A stretch of 64,000 bases of DNA from Acidimicrobiia bacterium (GTDB taxonomy: Bacteria > Actinomycetota > Acidimicrobiia > Acidimicrobiales > Bin134), in NCBI GenBank assembly GCA_022825005.1, contig JAJDYU010000024.1, forward strand, positions 634-64,633, read 5' to 3'. A program made the translations under genes and the position numbers. The notes below the pieces were generated by a model, which worked only from the letters and a program-made list of their open reading frames with translations, was not told the origin of the DNA and searched no databases. Shown here piece by piece: positions 10,618 to 19,621 of this stretch (position 1 is its first letter; each line of letters begins with the position of its first letter).

Positions 10618-11259
10618 TCAACCAGCCTGCACCAGGGCCAGCGTCACCGAGCCCTGGATCACCGCCGAGGCCACCGGGAGCAGTTCTTGGCCGGTAACCG
10701 CGATGGTCACGGCGTGCTCGGCCTTGTCGGTGACCACCGCCGCGGTGGCCACGGTGAGGGTGGCTTGCGACTGGGCCCCGCTGTCATCGGTTATCGGCAG
10801 GGTCACCAGCACGTCCACCCGGTCGCCGGGCACCAGCGGGGGCATGGCGGTGTGGGCGGGAACCGCCACCTCGGTTCGATCCCCGATGGTCAATCCCCCC
10901 AGTCGGGCCGTGGTCACCACATCGCCGATATGGAAGGCAGCCGAGGCCACCTCATCGCCGGTCAGCGCACCCAAGGCGTCGGGAGGCAGCACCAGCGCGG
11001 GATACCGGCGGATCACGGTGTTGGCCCCGTTTAGCGGTTGTCCGGCCTCGATGGGTTCGGTGGCCACTACAACCGGGGTGAGCTCGCCCAAAGACGGCCC
11101 GCCTCCGGCCATGACGGCGATGGCCGCCACCACCAGTCCGGTCACCGCGGCGGCCGCGGCCACCACCAGCCAATAGCTGCGCCGCCCGCCCGGCAGCCGG
11201 GTCAGAAGCGAGCCCCGCCAGGTGAGGGGTTGGTGCACTTTGTCAGCAGATGCGTCCAC
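10618..11259 (-). CDS. SAF-domain / RcpC-CpaB-like membrane-anchored protein
   Basis: N-terminal TM, VVVATEPIEAGQPL, LVPGDRVDVLVT; typical position beside FmdB/MTAP; start uncertain. Confidence 0.75.
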   Translation of the reverse strand: MDASADKVHQPLTWRGSLLTRLPGGRRSYWLVVAAAAAVTGLVVAAIAVMAGGGPSLGELTPVVVATEPIEAGQPLNGANTVIRRYPALVLPPDALGALTGDEVASAAFHIGDVVTTARLGGLTIGDRTEVAVPAHTAMPPLVPGDRVDVLVTLPITDDSGAQSQATLTVATAAVVTDKAEHAVTIAVTGQELLPVASAVIQGSVTLALVQAG

Positions 11260-11429
11260 CGGCGCGCGCCCTTGCCATGCTCGAAGCGGGGGAAGCGCGC
11301 TTCATCCTACAAGGAATCTGGGATGAGGAAAACAGCCGGGCCAGCACTAAACTAAATAACCGCTATTTACATCGTGTTTGTTATGGATCCGACCATCGAC
11401 CATATGGATGTCAATTTGAACGGGCTAGC

Positions 11430-11525
11430 ATGAGCGGCCGCGAGATAGCCAGGTTGCTGATCGGGCCAATCCTCCTCTTTGGAACAGTGGTCGTGGTAGC
11501 GATCATCGCGACCTACTGCGGCTAG
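11430..11525 (+). CDS. Putative 31-aa single-TM small protein
   Basis: MSGREIARLLIGPILLFGTVVVVAIIATYCG downstream of an AT-rich promoter-like stretch. Confidence 0.4.
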   Translation: MSGREIARLLIGPILLFGTVVVVAIIATYCG

Positions 11526-11572
11526 AGCACCGTGTGCGCGTTCGGTGATCTCGTCGGGGCGGTTGGAAAGGG

Positions 11573-12373
11573 TCAGGATGAGGGCAGCGGTGGTTCGATG
11601 CCGTTGGTTCGACTTGAGCAGTCGGGGAGGTTGTGGGCGATGGCCCGAATGGCGCCGAACAAGACGGCCCGCATCCGGTCGAGATTCTGGGCGAAGAAGG
11701 CGAACACCTCGTCCTGGGTGACCGGCTCGAGGTCGGGGTCGTCTTCCAGGCCCACGTCGTAGTCGGTGACCAGGGCGGCGGTGGCGTAGCAGATGCCCAG
11801 CTCGGCGGCGAGGGCGGCCTCGGGGTACTGGGTCATGCCCACCACGTCCCAGCCGTTGTCGCGGAACCAGCGCGACTCGGCCCGAGTGGAGAAGCGGGGG
11901 CCGGAGATCACCGTCATGGTGCCCCCGTCGTGGGCGGTCATCTGTTCGGCTCGGGCGGCACCGAGCAGCGCTTGTCGGAGCTCGTCGCAGTAGGGGTCGG
12001 CCAGCGAGACGTGGTTGGTGACGGTGTCGAAGTAGGTGTCGGCCCGCCCCGACGTGCGGTCGACCAGCTGGTCGCACACCACGATGTGGCCGGGGGCCAG
12101 CTCGGGGCGGAGCGAGCCGCAGGCGCTGGGCCCGAAGATGGCCTTTACCCCGGCTTGGCGCAGGGCCCACAGGTTGGCCCGGTAGTTGACCTTGTGGGCC
12201 GGATAGCGGTGGCCGGGGCCGTGGCGAGCAAGAAACACCACCTCGATGTCGTCCACTGATCCGATGGTGAGCGGCCCCGACGGCGCTCCGAACGCGTCGT
12301 CGCCCGGTACTTCTACGGCGTCATCCAGAAGGGAGTAGAGACCGGAGCCGCCGATGACGCCGATCTCGGGCAT
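11573..12373 (-). CDS. mtnP: S-methyl-5'-thioadenosine phosphorylase
   Basis: IGVIGGSGLY, LARHG, NYRANLWAL, GPRFSTRAES, VTDYD. Confidence 0.93.
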   Translation of the reverse strand: MPEIGVIGGSGLYSLLDDAVEVPGDDAFGAPSGPLTIGSVDDIEVVFLARHGPGHRYPAHKVNYRANLWALRQAGVKAIFGPSACGSLRPELAPGHIVVCDQLVDRTSGRADTYFDTVTNHVSLADPYCDELRQALLGAARAEQMTAHDGGTMTVISGPRFSTRAESRWFRDNGWDVVGMTQYPEAALAAELGICYATAALVTDYDVGLEDDPDLEPVTQDEVFAFFAQNLDRMRAVLFGAIRAIAHNLPDCSSRTNGIEPPLPSS

Positions 12374-12382
12374 GGCAGGCGA

Positions 12383-12766
12383 CTAGTCGTCGGATGAGCT
12401 GGAGGCGGCTTTGGCCGGCTCACGGCCCGACGACTCCGATGAGCTGCTGTCGGACTTGGCCGCGTCGGACTTCGTAGAATCTGATTTTCCTTGGCCGTTG
12501 GAGCTGTCACCGTTGGATGACGAGCCGGCCATGGTGGACGACTTCGCCCCCGAGCGGCTGTCGTTGCGGTAGAAGCCGTCGCCCTTGAAGGTGATGCTGG
12601 GGACGCTGAACACCTTGGACACCTGGCCCTTGCCGGGCTGGGTGCAGGCCGCGGGGCTGGCGATGGAGTCGGCTTGCGGGCAGACGGTGAGGGTGTCCTC
12701 GGAGAACGACTGGATGACCTCGAAGCGGGTGCCGCAGGTTTGGCAGCTGTAGTCGTAGGCGGGCAC
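12383..12766 (-). CDS. FmdB-family zinc-ribbon protein with Ser-rich tail
   Basis: GTG 12766 gives MPAYDYSCQTCG...CP...ITFKGDGFYRNDSR. Confidence 0.9.
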   Translation of the reverse strand: MPAYDYSCQTCGTRFEVIQSFSEDTLTVCPQADSIASPAACTQPGKGQVSKVFSVPSITFKGDGFYRNDSRSGAKSSTMAGSSSNGDSSNGQGKSDSTKSDAAKSDSSSSESSGREPAKAASSSSDD

Positions 12767-12835
12767 GAGGTTTAAGGATAGAGGTGGGATTGGTTTTTTG
12801 GCTATCTGAGGGGTTCTGGTCCGTTTCACTACGAT

Positions 12836-13420
12836 GTGCGGGTGGACTGGGCTTGGTGGCTTGTGCTGGCCGGGTATGCGTGGGGGACGTTTCCGGGCGC
12901 GCTCTTGGTGGGGAGGTATACGGGGCACGATCCTACCCGGGAGGGGTCGAATAATCCGGGGGCCAGCAATGTGTACCGGGTGGCGGGGCGGTGGCCGGCG
13001 GCTTGGGTGCTGCTCAGCGATGTGGGGAAGGGGTTCATTGCTGCTGGGCTGGGCCTGATCTTTGGTGACCAGCTGATAGGGGTGGCGTGTGGGGCGGCGG
13101 CGGTGGTGGGTCACATTGTGCCGCTGGGGCGCTATCGCGAGGGGGGCAAGGGAGTGGCCACGTTTGGGGGGATGCTTCTGGCGCTGACACCGGTGGTGGG
13201 CGTGATCCTCATCGGGGTGTGGGCAGTGGCTCTGGCCGTCACCAAACGGGCTGGGGCGGCTTCGCTGGTGGCGGTAGCGGCAGCGCCCGCCTCGGTGGCC
13301 ATTCAGGGGTGGCCAGCACTGGAGGTGGTGGTGGTTATAGGGGTGGCAGTGGTGGTAATCGCTCGCCATCATGAGAACATTCGCCGCATGTGGCGTAGAC
13401 AAGAACCGGCGCTTTGGTGA
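12836..13420 (+). CDS. plsY: Glycerol-3-phosphate acyltransferase PlsY
   Basis: GSNNPGASNVYR, DVGKG, GHIVP, GGKGVAT, RHHENIRR motifs. Confidence 0.9.
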   Translation: MRVDWAWWLVLAGYAWGTFPGALLVGRYTGHDPTREGSNNPGASNVYRVAGRWPAAWVLLSDVGKGFIAAGLGLIFGDQLIGVACGAAAVVGHIVPLGRYREGGKGVATFGGMLLALTPVVGVILIGVWAVALAVTKRAGAASLVAVAAAPASVAIQGWPALEVVVVIGVAVVVIARHHENIRRMWRRQEPALW

Positions 13421-14625
13421 TGATCCCACTGGCTGAGGCTCAGGAGCGAGTGCTGGCCGGGTGCGAGGTGCTGGACGAGGTCACTGTGGCCGTTGGCGAT
13501 GCTCGGGGCTTGGTGACCACCGAGACCGTGCTGGCCCCCGAACTGGTTCCGCCGTTCGACAACACGGCGATGGACGGCTTTGCGGTGCGGTCGGCTGATG
13601 TAGCCGATGCGCCGGTGACCTTGGGCATTGCGGGAACCATCCCCGCAGGGGTGCCGCCCGATATCACCGTGGGAGCTGGGCAGGCGGCGCGCATCATGAC
13701 CGGCGCGGTAATCCCGCCGGGGGCTGACGCAGTGGTGATGGTGGAGCTCACCGAGACCAGCGCCGACGGCACCGAGGTGACCGTGGCCCAGTCGGTGCCC
13801 GAGGGCAACCACATTCGCCGGGCCGGCGAGGATCTGACGGTGGGCCAGACGGTATTCGGTCCGGGTGAGGTTCTGACCCCCGGGCACCTGGGGGTGCTCA
13901 CCAGCCTGGGCATGTACCAGGTAAGGGTGCGGCCCAAGGCCCGAGTAGGGGTGATGTCCACCGGCGACGAGCTGGTGGAGGGGCCGCAGCCGCTGGAGAA
14001 GGGACAAATCCGCGATTCCAACCGGCACACGCTGCTGGCGCTATTGGCCGAGTCCGGATGCGAGCCGGTGGATTTGGGCAGCCTGGCCGACGACGAGGAT
14101 GAGATTTCCGCCGGCCTTCAGGCGGGGGTGGAAAAGTGCGACGCCCTTTTGACCTCGGGCGGGGTGAGCATGGGCGACTACGACTACGTGAAGAAGGTGC
14201 TCAACGAGATCGGCGACATGTCCTGGATGCAGGTAGCCATCAAGCCGGCAAAGCCCTTGGCCTTCGGTCTGGTTCAGGGCATCCCGGTGTTCGGGCTTCC
14301 CGGCAACCCGGTGTCGTCCATGGTGTCGTTCGAGCTGTTCGCCCGGCCCGGTCTGCGCAAGATGATGGGCCATCCCTCTGGGTCATGGCATCGCCCGCCG
14401 GTCATGGGGCTGGTGGCCGAGCCGTTGCGCCGTCGCTCCGACGGCAAGACCCACTTCGCCCGCGTGCGGGTGGAATATGCCGACGGCCATTACCACGCTC
14501 GCTCAGCCGGCGGCCAGGGTTCGCACCAGCTATCGGCTATGGCCGCGGCCGATGCTCTGGCGGTGGTGCCCGACGGGGAAGGCCTCGATGTCGGCGATCC
14601 GGTGTCCCTGCTGATTCTGCGCTGA
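13414..14625 (+). CDS. moeA: Gephyrin-like molybdopterin molybdotransferase MoeA (Glp)
   Basis: PFDNTAMDGFAV, RIMTGA, STGDEL, SGGVSMGDYD, GLPGNPVSS; start may be 1-2 codons later. Confidence 0.95.
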   Translation: MVMIPLAEAQERVLAGCEVLDEVTVAVGDARGLVTTETVLAPELVPPFDNTAMDGFAVRSADVADAPVTLGIAGTIPAGVPPDITVGAGQAARIMTGAVIPPGADAVVMVELTETSADGTEVTVAQSVPEGNHIRRAGEDLTVGQTVFGPGEVLTPGHLGVLTSLGMYQVRVRPKARVGVMSTGDELVEGPQPLEKGQIRDSNRHTLLALLAESGCEPVDLGSLADDEDEISAGLQAGVEKCDALLTSGGVSMGDYDYVKKVLNEIGDMSWMQVAIKPAKPLAFGLVQGIPVFGLPGNPVSSMVSFELFARPGLRKMMGHPSGSWHRPPVMGLVAEPLRRRSDGKTHFARVRVEYADGHYHARSAGGQGSHQLSAMAAADALAVVPDGEGLDVGDPVSLLILR

Positions 14626-14727
14626 TCGGAGCTTCGTCGGGGAGAGGCGTTTCCGAAGAAGTGCTTGGCCCGAAAGTGTGTTTGGCCCGAAGGTGTGTTT
14701 GGCGGCCTGTTCGGTCAGAATGGGGGA

Positions 14728-15711
14728 GTGAGCGTGCCGCTGATCGATGGATTCGGGAGGGTCCACCGGGATCTCCGCATTTCGGTTACCGACCGGTGCA
14801 ATTTCCGCTGCACGTATTGCATGCCCGCCGACGGGCTCGACTGGCTGCCCCGCGAAGACCTGCTCACCTTCGAGGAGATCGAGCGCATCGCCAGATTGAT
14901 GGTCGACCACTTCGGCATCGACAGCATCCGCCTCACCGGCGGGGAGCCCACCGTGCGGGCCAACTTGCCGGTGCTGGTGGAGAAGCTCGCGGCCCTGGAC
15001 ATCGACCTGGCCCTTACCACCAATGGCGCCACCCTGGGCCTTCTGGCCGACAAGCTGGCCGCGGCCGGACTGCGGCGGATCAACATCTCCCTCGACTCCC
15101 TCCAGCCCCAGCGGTTTGAGGAGCTCACCCGCCGGAACGACTTGGACCGGGTGCTCGACGGAATCTACGCCGCTCTGGCCGCCGGCTTGAACCCGGTGAA
15201 GGTGAATGCGGTGATGATGCGGGGAATCAACGACGACGAGATCACAGACTTCGCCCGCTTCGGCCGGGACAAGGGCGTGGAGGTCAGGTTCATCGAGTTC
15301 ATGCCCCTGGACGCCGACCTCTCGTGGAGCAACGACAAGGTGGTGACCCTCGACGAGATCGTCGCCACAGTGGACGAGGCGTTCCCCCTGGCTCCCGTTG
15401 AGCGGTCCAACTCGCCGGCCGCGGTGTGGCACTACGCCGACGGCAAGGGCTCGTTCGGGGTGATCGCCAGCGTGACCGACGCCTTCTGCGGAAGCTGCGA
15501 TCGGGTGCGCCTCACCGCCGAGGGCATGTTCCGCAACTGCCTGTTCGCCGTGGACGAGCACGACCTTCGAGAGCTGCTGCGCTCGGGGGCCAGCGACGGG
15601 GAGATTGCCGCGGTCATCTCGGGAGTGGTCAAGGACAAGTGGGAAGGCCACGCCATCAACCAGGTGCACTTCATCCGCCCCGGTCGATCGATGTCACAAA
15701 TCGGGGGCTGA
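14728..15711 (+). CDS. moaA: GTP 3',8-cyclase MoaA
   Basis: CNFRCTYC radical-SAM motif, FCGSCDRVR...C, C-terminal MSQIGG; GTG 14728 after GGGGGA. Confidence 0.96.
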   Translation: MSVPLIDGFGRVHRDLRISVTDRCNFRCTYCMPADGLDWLPREDLLTFEEIERIARLMVDHFGIDSIRLTGGEPTVRANLPVLVEKLAALDIDLALTTNGATLGLLADKLAAAGLRRINISLDSLQPQRFEELTRRNDLDRVLDGIYAALAAGLNPVKVNAVMMRGINDDEITDFARFGRDKGVEVRFIEFMPLDADLSWSNDKVVTLDEIVATVDEAFPLAPVERSNSPAAVWHYADGKGSFGVIASVTDAFCGSCDRVRLTAEGMFRNCLFAVDEHDLRELLRSGASDGEIAAVISGVVKDKWEGHAINQVHFIRPGRSMSQIGG

Positions 15712-15712
15712 G

Positions 15713-16216
15713 GTGTCCGACGTCGGATTCACCCACCTTGATCCCCTCGGCCGGGCCCGCATGGTGGATGTAACCCCCAAGGATCCCACGCACCGCCGGG
15801 CCATCGCCCGGGCCAAGGTCTTCATGAACACCGACACCGCTTCGGCCGTGGCCCGGGGCGCCATAGGAAAAGGAGACGTGCTGGCGGTGGCCCGAGTGGC
15901 GGGCATCCAGGCAGCCAAGCGCACGCCCGAGCTCATCCCGCTGTGCCATCCCCTGTTGGTGGGCGCAGTGCTGGTCAACTTCAGGATCGAGGACACCTAC
16001 ATCGAGATCGAGGCCGAGGTGGAAACGGTCGATCGGACCGGGGTGGAGATGGAGGCGCTCACCGCCTGCTCGGTGGCCGCGCTGACCGTCTACGACATGT
16101 GCAAGTCGCGGGACAAAGAGATGGTGATCGGTGAGGTCGCCCTGTGGGAGAAGACGGGTGGGCGCTCCGGTTCCTATCGGCGTTTGGAGGATGCCGACTC
16201 GGTCTACGACGACTGA
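15713..16216 (+). CDS. moaC: Cyclic pyranopterin monophosphate synthase MoaC
   Basis: ARMVDV, KGDVLAVARVAGIQAAKRT, LIPLCHP, TGVEMEALT, YDMCK, EKTGGRSG. Confidence 0.96.
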   Translation: MSDVGFTHLDPLGRARMVDVTPKDPTHRRAIARAKVFMNTDTASAVARGAIGKGDVLAVARVAGIQAAKRTPELIPLCHPLLVGAVLVNFRIEDTYIEIEAEVETVDRTGVEMEALTACSVAALTVYDMCKSRDKEMVIGEVALWEKTGGRSGSYRRLEDADSVYDD

Positions 16217-16423
16217 GCGCCATCCCCCAAATTCCCGTGGTAGACCGGGTGGCGCGGGTGGACTTTCTGTAGTAGAACCGTAACAAGTGTTATCCCCTTG
16301 TAATGTCCGTCGGCGTCTGGCCATCAAGCGTTCAGATAGTGTCCGTTATGACTGGGGGCGCGACCATCCACCAGTGAGCGCACTTTTGCGGCTTACCATT
16401 AAATCTGCAAGGGACCCCCGAGA

Positions 16424-16954
16424 TTGGTGACATCAGTGTTGCTCATGATCTTGGCAGCTGCATGGGCTGCCTTTTTGATTCCGCCTCTGATCCGCCGGGC
16501 GCGCAACGGCCAATTTGGGATCAGGCGGCGCACGCCCCAGATGGGTTTCCGCGCACCGCTTCGCTCTGTGCATCCCCGTCTGGCTGAGCGGGGCGCCATG
16601 GCCGCCGCGCCGGTGGTGGCCCTTCGGCCCAATATCGCCTTGCCGCCTCGGGTGTACGCTAATCAGATGGCTTCGAATTCGAATCGAGGCATCCCCCGGA
16701 CTTCGATCGACGCCCGCCGCCGTCGGCGCCGCATCTTGGTGACGCTCATCGTCGGTGCGCTGGCCTCTTTCGTCTTCGCCGTCTATCTGGGCGGTTTCGC
16801 CTTGGTGGTCCACCTGCTGATCGACGCCCTGCTGCTGGGCTACGCCATGATGTTGGTCCAGCACCAGAGAACCCGCGAGGATCGACTCAATCCTGTCGGC
16901 GTCGACGATTCACAGCCCCGCTCCTGGGATGTGGCCTCCGGCGGCCAGCGCTGA
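16424..16954 (+). CDS. Three-TM membrane protein, candidate GlpR/SepX-type divisome protein
   Basis: N-terminal TM with AAWAAFLIP, basic disordered linker, RRRRRR then a TM hairpin; lies between moe/moa genes and tRNA-Ala. Confidence 0.6.
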   Translation: MVTSVLLMILAAAWAAFLIPPLIRRARNGQFGIRRRTPQMGFRAPLRSVHPRLAERGAMAAAPVVALRPNIALPPRVYANQMASNSNRGIPRTSIDARRRRRRILVTLIVGALASFVFAVYLGGFALVVHLLIDALLLGYAMMLVQHQRTREDRLNPVGVDDSQPRSWDVASGGQR

Positions 16955-17022
16955 TCCTCGACAACTGCTGATTCCGATCGCGGCCCGGGACTCGGTCCCC
17001 ATTAGGCTTGACTGGAAATTTT

Positions 17023-17096
17023 GGGGCTGTAGCTCAGTTGGCTAGAGCGCCTCGTTCGCAACGAGGAGGCCGGCGGTTCGAGTCCGCTCAGCTCCA
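17023..17096 (+). tRNA. tRNA-Ala(CGC)
   Basis: GGGGCTG/CAGCTCC acceptor stem with G3:U70; anticodon arm CCTCG-TTCGCAA-CGAGG; GGTTCGAGTCC T arm; CCA not encoded. Confidence 0.97.
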
Positions 17097-17127
17097 CTCA
17101 ACCCTGCGCTACTAGCGTGATGCGCTG

Positions 17128-18126
17128 ATGACCAGTGACTTTGACATTGCGCTGGAGGGGTTCATTCGGCGGCACCTAGGCGAAGTCGACGGGCTTCGGG
17201 TGGAGGGCGAGGCTCGGGCCACCGGCGGTCAATCACGCGAGAACTGGCCGTTCGATCTGCATTGGCAAGATGGCGGCCAGTCGCACCATCGCCGGTTGTT
17301 TCTTCGACGCGATCCGGTGGGCAGCGTGCTGGAAACTGACCGCAGGGTGGAGTACGAGGTGCTGCGGCGGCTGCACGATCAGCCGGTGCGGGCCCCCGAG
17401 GTGGTGTGGCTGGATGCCGACGGGTCGGAACTGGGCCGCCCCGCCATGGTGATGACCCGCTACGACGGGCTCAACGACCACTTCATCCTGGAAGGCGGCA
17501 TCAGCCAGCTCGACGAGGACACCCGGGTTGGCATCGCTTCGCAGATGGTGGACCTGATGATCGAGATCCATGCCTTGGATTGGCGGGGTGCCGGGCTGAA
17601 CGAGGTGCTGGCCGTGCCGGATGACCCGGCGGAGGCGGCAATCGACGAGTGGGCTGCGGTTGTGCAGCGCCAGTCGCTTGAGCCCCAGCCGGTGCTGGCC
17701 GAAATCGAGCAGTGGCTGCGCCGCAACCGGCCGGAGCCCGGGGAGACCACCGTGGTCCACGGCGACATCAAACCGGGCAATGTGCTGTTCGACGGACACC
17801 GGGTGCAGGTGTTGTTGGACTGGGAGACCGTCCATCTCGGCGATCCGGCCGAAGATGTGGGTTGGGTAACCAACCCGATCCGCCGGCGCGAGCACCAGAT
17901 CCCGGGACGGTGGGAGGTGGACGACTTGGTGTCGGCCTATGAGGCCCGCACCGGACGGGTCGTGGACCGGGCCAGGCTGCGGTTCTGGCAAGTGCTGGCC
18001 AACTACAAGCTGGCGGCCATCACCATGACCGGAGTGCGTAGCTTTTGCGACGGCCGCACCCAGCGGGTGTGGTCGGGCACCGGACTACTGGGCAAGGTTC
18101 TCTTGGCCCAGACCAATGAGGAGTAG
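17128..18126 (+). CDS. APH-family phosphotransferase (ACAD10/LvaA-like kinase)
   Basis: GGQSRE, LRRDP, VHGDIKPGNVLF, LLDWE, GDPAEDVGW. Confidence 0.88.
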   Translation: MTSDFDIALEGFIRRHLGEVDGLRVEGEARATGGQSRENWPFDLHWQDGGQSHHRRLFLRRDPVGSVLETDRRVEYEVLRRLHDQPVRAPEVVWLDADGSELGRPAMVMTRYDGLNDHFILEGGISQLDEDTRVGIASQMVDLMIEIHALDWRGAGLNEVLAVPDDPAEAAIDEWAAVVQRQSLEPQPVLAEIEQWLRRNRPEPGETTVVHGDIKPGNVLFDGHRVQVLLDWETVHLGDPAEDVGWVTNPIRRREHQIPGRWEVDDLVSAYEARTGRVVDRARLRFWQVLANYKLAAITMTGVRSFCDGRTQRVWSGTGLLGKVLLAQTNEE

Positions 18127-18128
18127 CA

Positions 18129-18497
18129 ATGAGACCAACGTTGAGCGAACAGATCGAGGGTGCCCGGGTGGTGTTGGTGGAGTTGGTCGCCCCCGAAGTG
18201 TCCGACCCCTATGCCCAGGAGCAGGTGACCTACGCGGCTGCCGCCCTCGAAAACGCCGCCGCTCGTTGGCCCCACATACTGCCCGACCTGGTGGCCGACA
18301 TCCGGGCGCTGGAAGAGGTCTTGGGCATCGAACCCGCGGCGCTGCACGAAGCCGTTCCCGGCGTTCCCGACCTGGCCGCCGCCGAGGAATACCACCGGGA
18401 TCTCCGGGCCCGGCTGACCGATGAGATCATGGGCGGGTCTGAGTCGTCCCCGGCGGTGCGGGCCTACCTGTCCGACTCCATAGAAAGGCTGAAATAG
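18129..18497 (+). CDS. Small helical hypothetical protein, partner of the upstream phosphotransferase
   Basis: Starts 2 nt after the kinase stop with a GAGGAG RBS; MRPTLSEQIEG N-terminus. Confidence 0.7.
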   Translation: MRPTLSEQIEGARVVLVELVAPEVSDPYAQEQVTYAAAALENAAARWPHILPDLVADIRALEEVLGIEPAALHEAVPGVPDLAAAEEYHRDLRARLTDEIMGGSESSPAVRAYLSDSIERLK

Positions 18498-18499
18498 TC

Positions 18500-19609
18500 A
18501 TGCTCGGACCCCTTGACGACACCCTGTGGCACCAGATTGCCGAGCCGTTCGAACACGTCGGCACGTCTGACCCCCGGTTCTTCGACCGCTACTGGTTCGC
18601 GATCTACGACCCGGCGGGGCAGGCCGCGGTGCAGTTCACCATGGGCTCCTACAACAACATGAACGTGATCGACGGCGGGGTGGTTATGGTGCGGGGCGGT
18701 ACCCAGCACAACCTGCGGGCGTCGCGGGCGCTGCGCCCCCGCTTGGAACCCGAGGTGGGGCCGATGCGGGTGGAGCCCACGGTCCCGCTGGAGGAGCTGC
18801 GGATGATCCTGGCCCCCGGCGACCACTCCATTGCCTGCGATCTGGTGTGGCGGGCCGAGCTGGCCCCCGAGACAGAAAAGCCCCACGTGGAGCGGGAGCG
18901 GGGCCGGGTGACCCAGGACTACCAGCGGTTCAATCAGGTCGGCGTGGTAAACGGCTGGATCACCATCGGCGACGAGGGGCTGGAAGTGAACGGCTGGTGG
19001 GGCGGTCGGGACCACTCTTGGGGAGTGCGGCCGTCGATGGGCATCCCCGAGCCGGTGACCGGCCCGCCCCGACAGCACAGCGAGGCCGGCACGCTGTTCT
19101 ACTTCTTGTTCTTCTCCACCAACCGCCGGGCCGGCCACGTGCAGATCATGGAGCGGGGGTCGGAAAGGGTGTACCTCACCGGGCTCATCCGAGACCGGGA
19201 CGCCCCCGATGTCGACCGCCACGTGACCGAGGCCGATCTGTCGTTGGAGTTCTTCGCCGACACCCGGCGGTTCTCATCGGCCGACATGGCGGTGAGCCTG
19301 GACGACGGGCGATCGCTGCGGCTCGGTTCAGCGCCGCTGGGATCGGCGGTGGACATGGCCGGACTGGGCTACAGCGGCGGGTGGAACGACGAGCTCGGCC
19401 TCGGCGTGTACCGGGGCGAGTCCTATGTCGAGCACGAGATCTGGGACGTGAGCCATCCCGCCGATGTGGTGAGGGCCTCAGGCGAGGTGTTCACGCCCAT
19501 GCACCGCATCGCCCCGGTCACCGTCACCACCGACGATCCCGACGAGACCGGCACCGGCAGCCTCACCATGATCGCCAACGGCCGCCTCCCCCAGTACGGC
19601 CTGGACTGA
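18500..19609 (+). CDS. Conserved hypothetical beta-rich protein (tocopherol cyclase / hydratase-like fold suspected)
   Basis: FFDRYWF and GGRDHSWGVRP motifs; operonic with two upstream genes. Confidence 0.7.
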   Translation: MLGPLDDTLWHQIAEPFEHVGTSDPRFFDRYWFAIYDPAGQAAVQFTMGSYNNMNVIDGGVVMVRGGTQHNLRASRALRPRLEPEVGPMRVEPTVPLEELRMILAPGDHSIACDLVWRAELAPETEKPHVERERGRVTQDYQRFNQVGVVNGWITIGDEGLEVNGWWGGRDHSWGVRPSMGIPEPVTGPPRQHSEAGTLFYFLFFSTNRRAGHVQIMERGSERVYLTGLIRDRDAPDVDRHVTEADLSLEFFADTRRFSSADMAVSLDDGRSLRLGSAPLGSAVDMAGLGYSGGWNDELGLGVYRGESYVEHEIWDVSHPADVVRASGEVFTPMHRIAPVTVTTDDPDETGTGSLTMIANGRLPQYGLD

Positions 19610-19621
19610 GCTGCCCTCAGG

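Noticed and set aside
10618-11259. Tad/Flp pilus locus
   Set aside because: Only a lone SAF/CpaB-like gene in its usual actinobacterial position; no tadA/B/C or pilin
12767-13429. Long His/Pro-rich N-terminal extension of the 348-aa minus-strand ORF
   Set aside because: It is the antisense shadow of the G/T-rich plsY gene; the real FmdB gene starts at 12766
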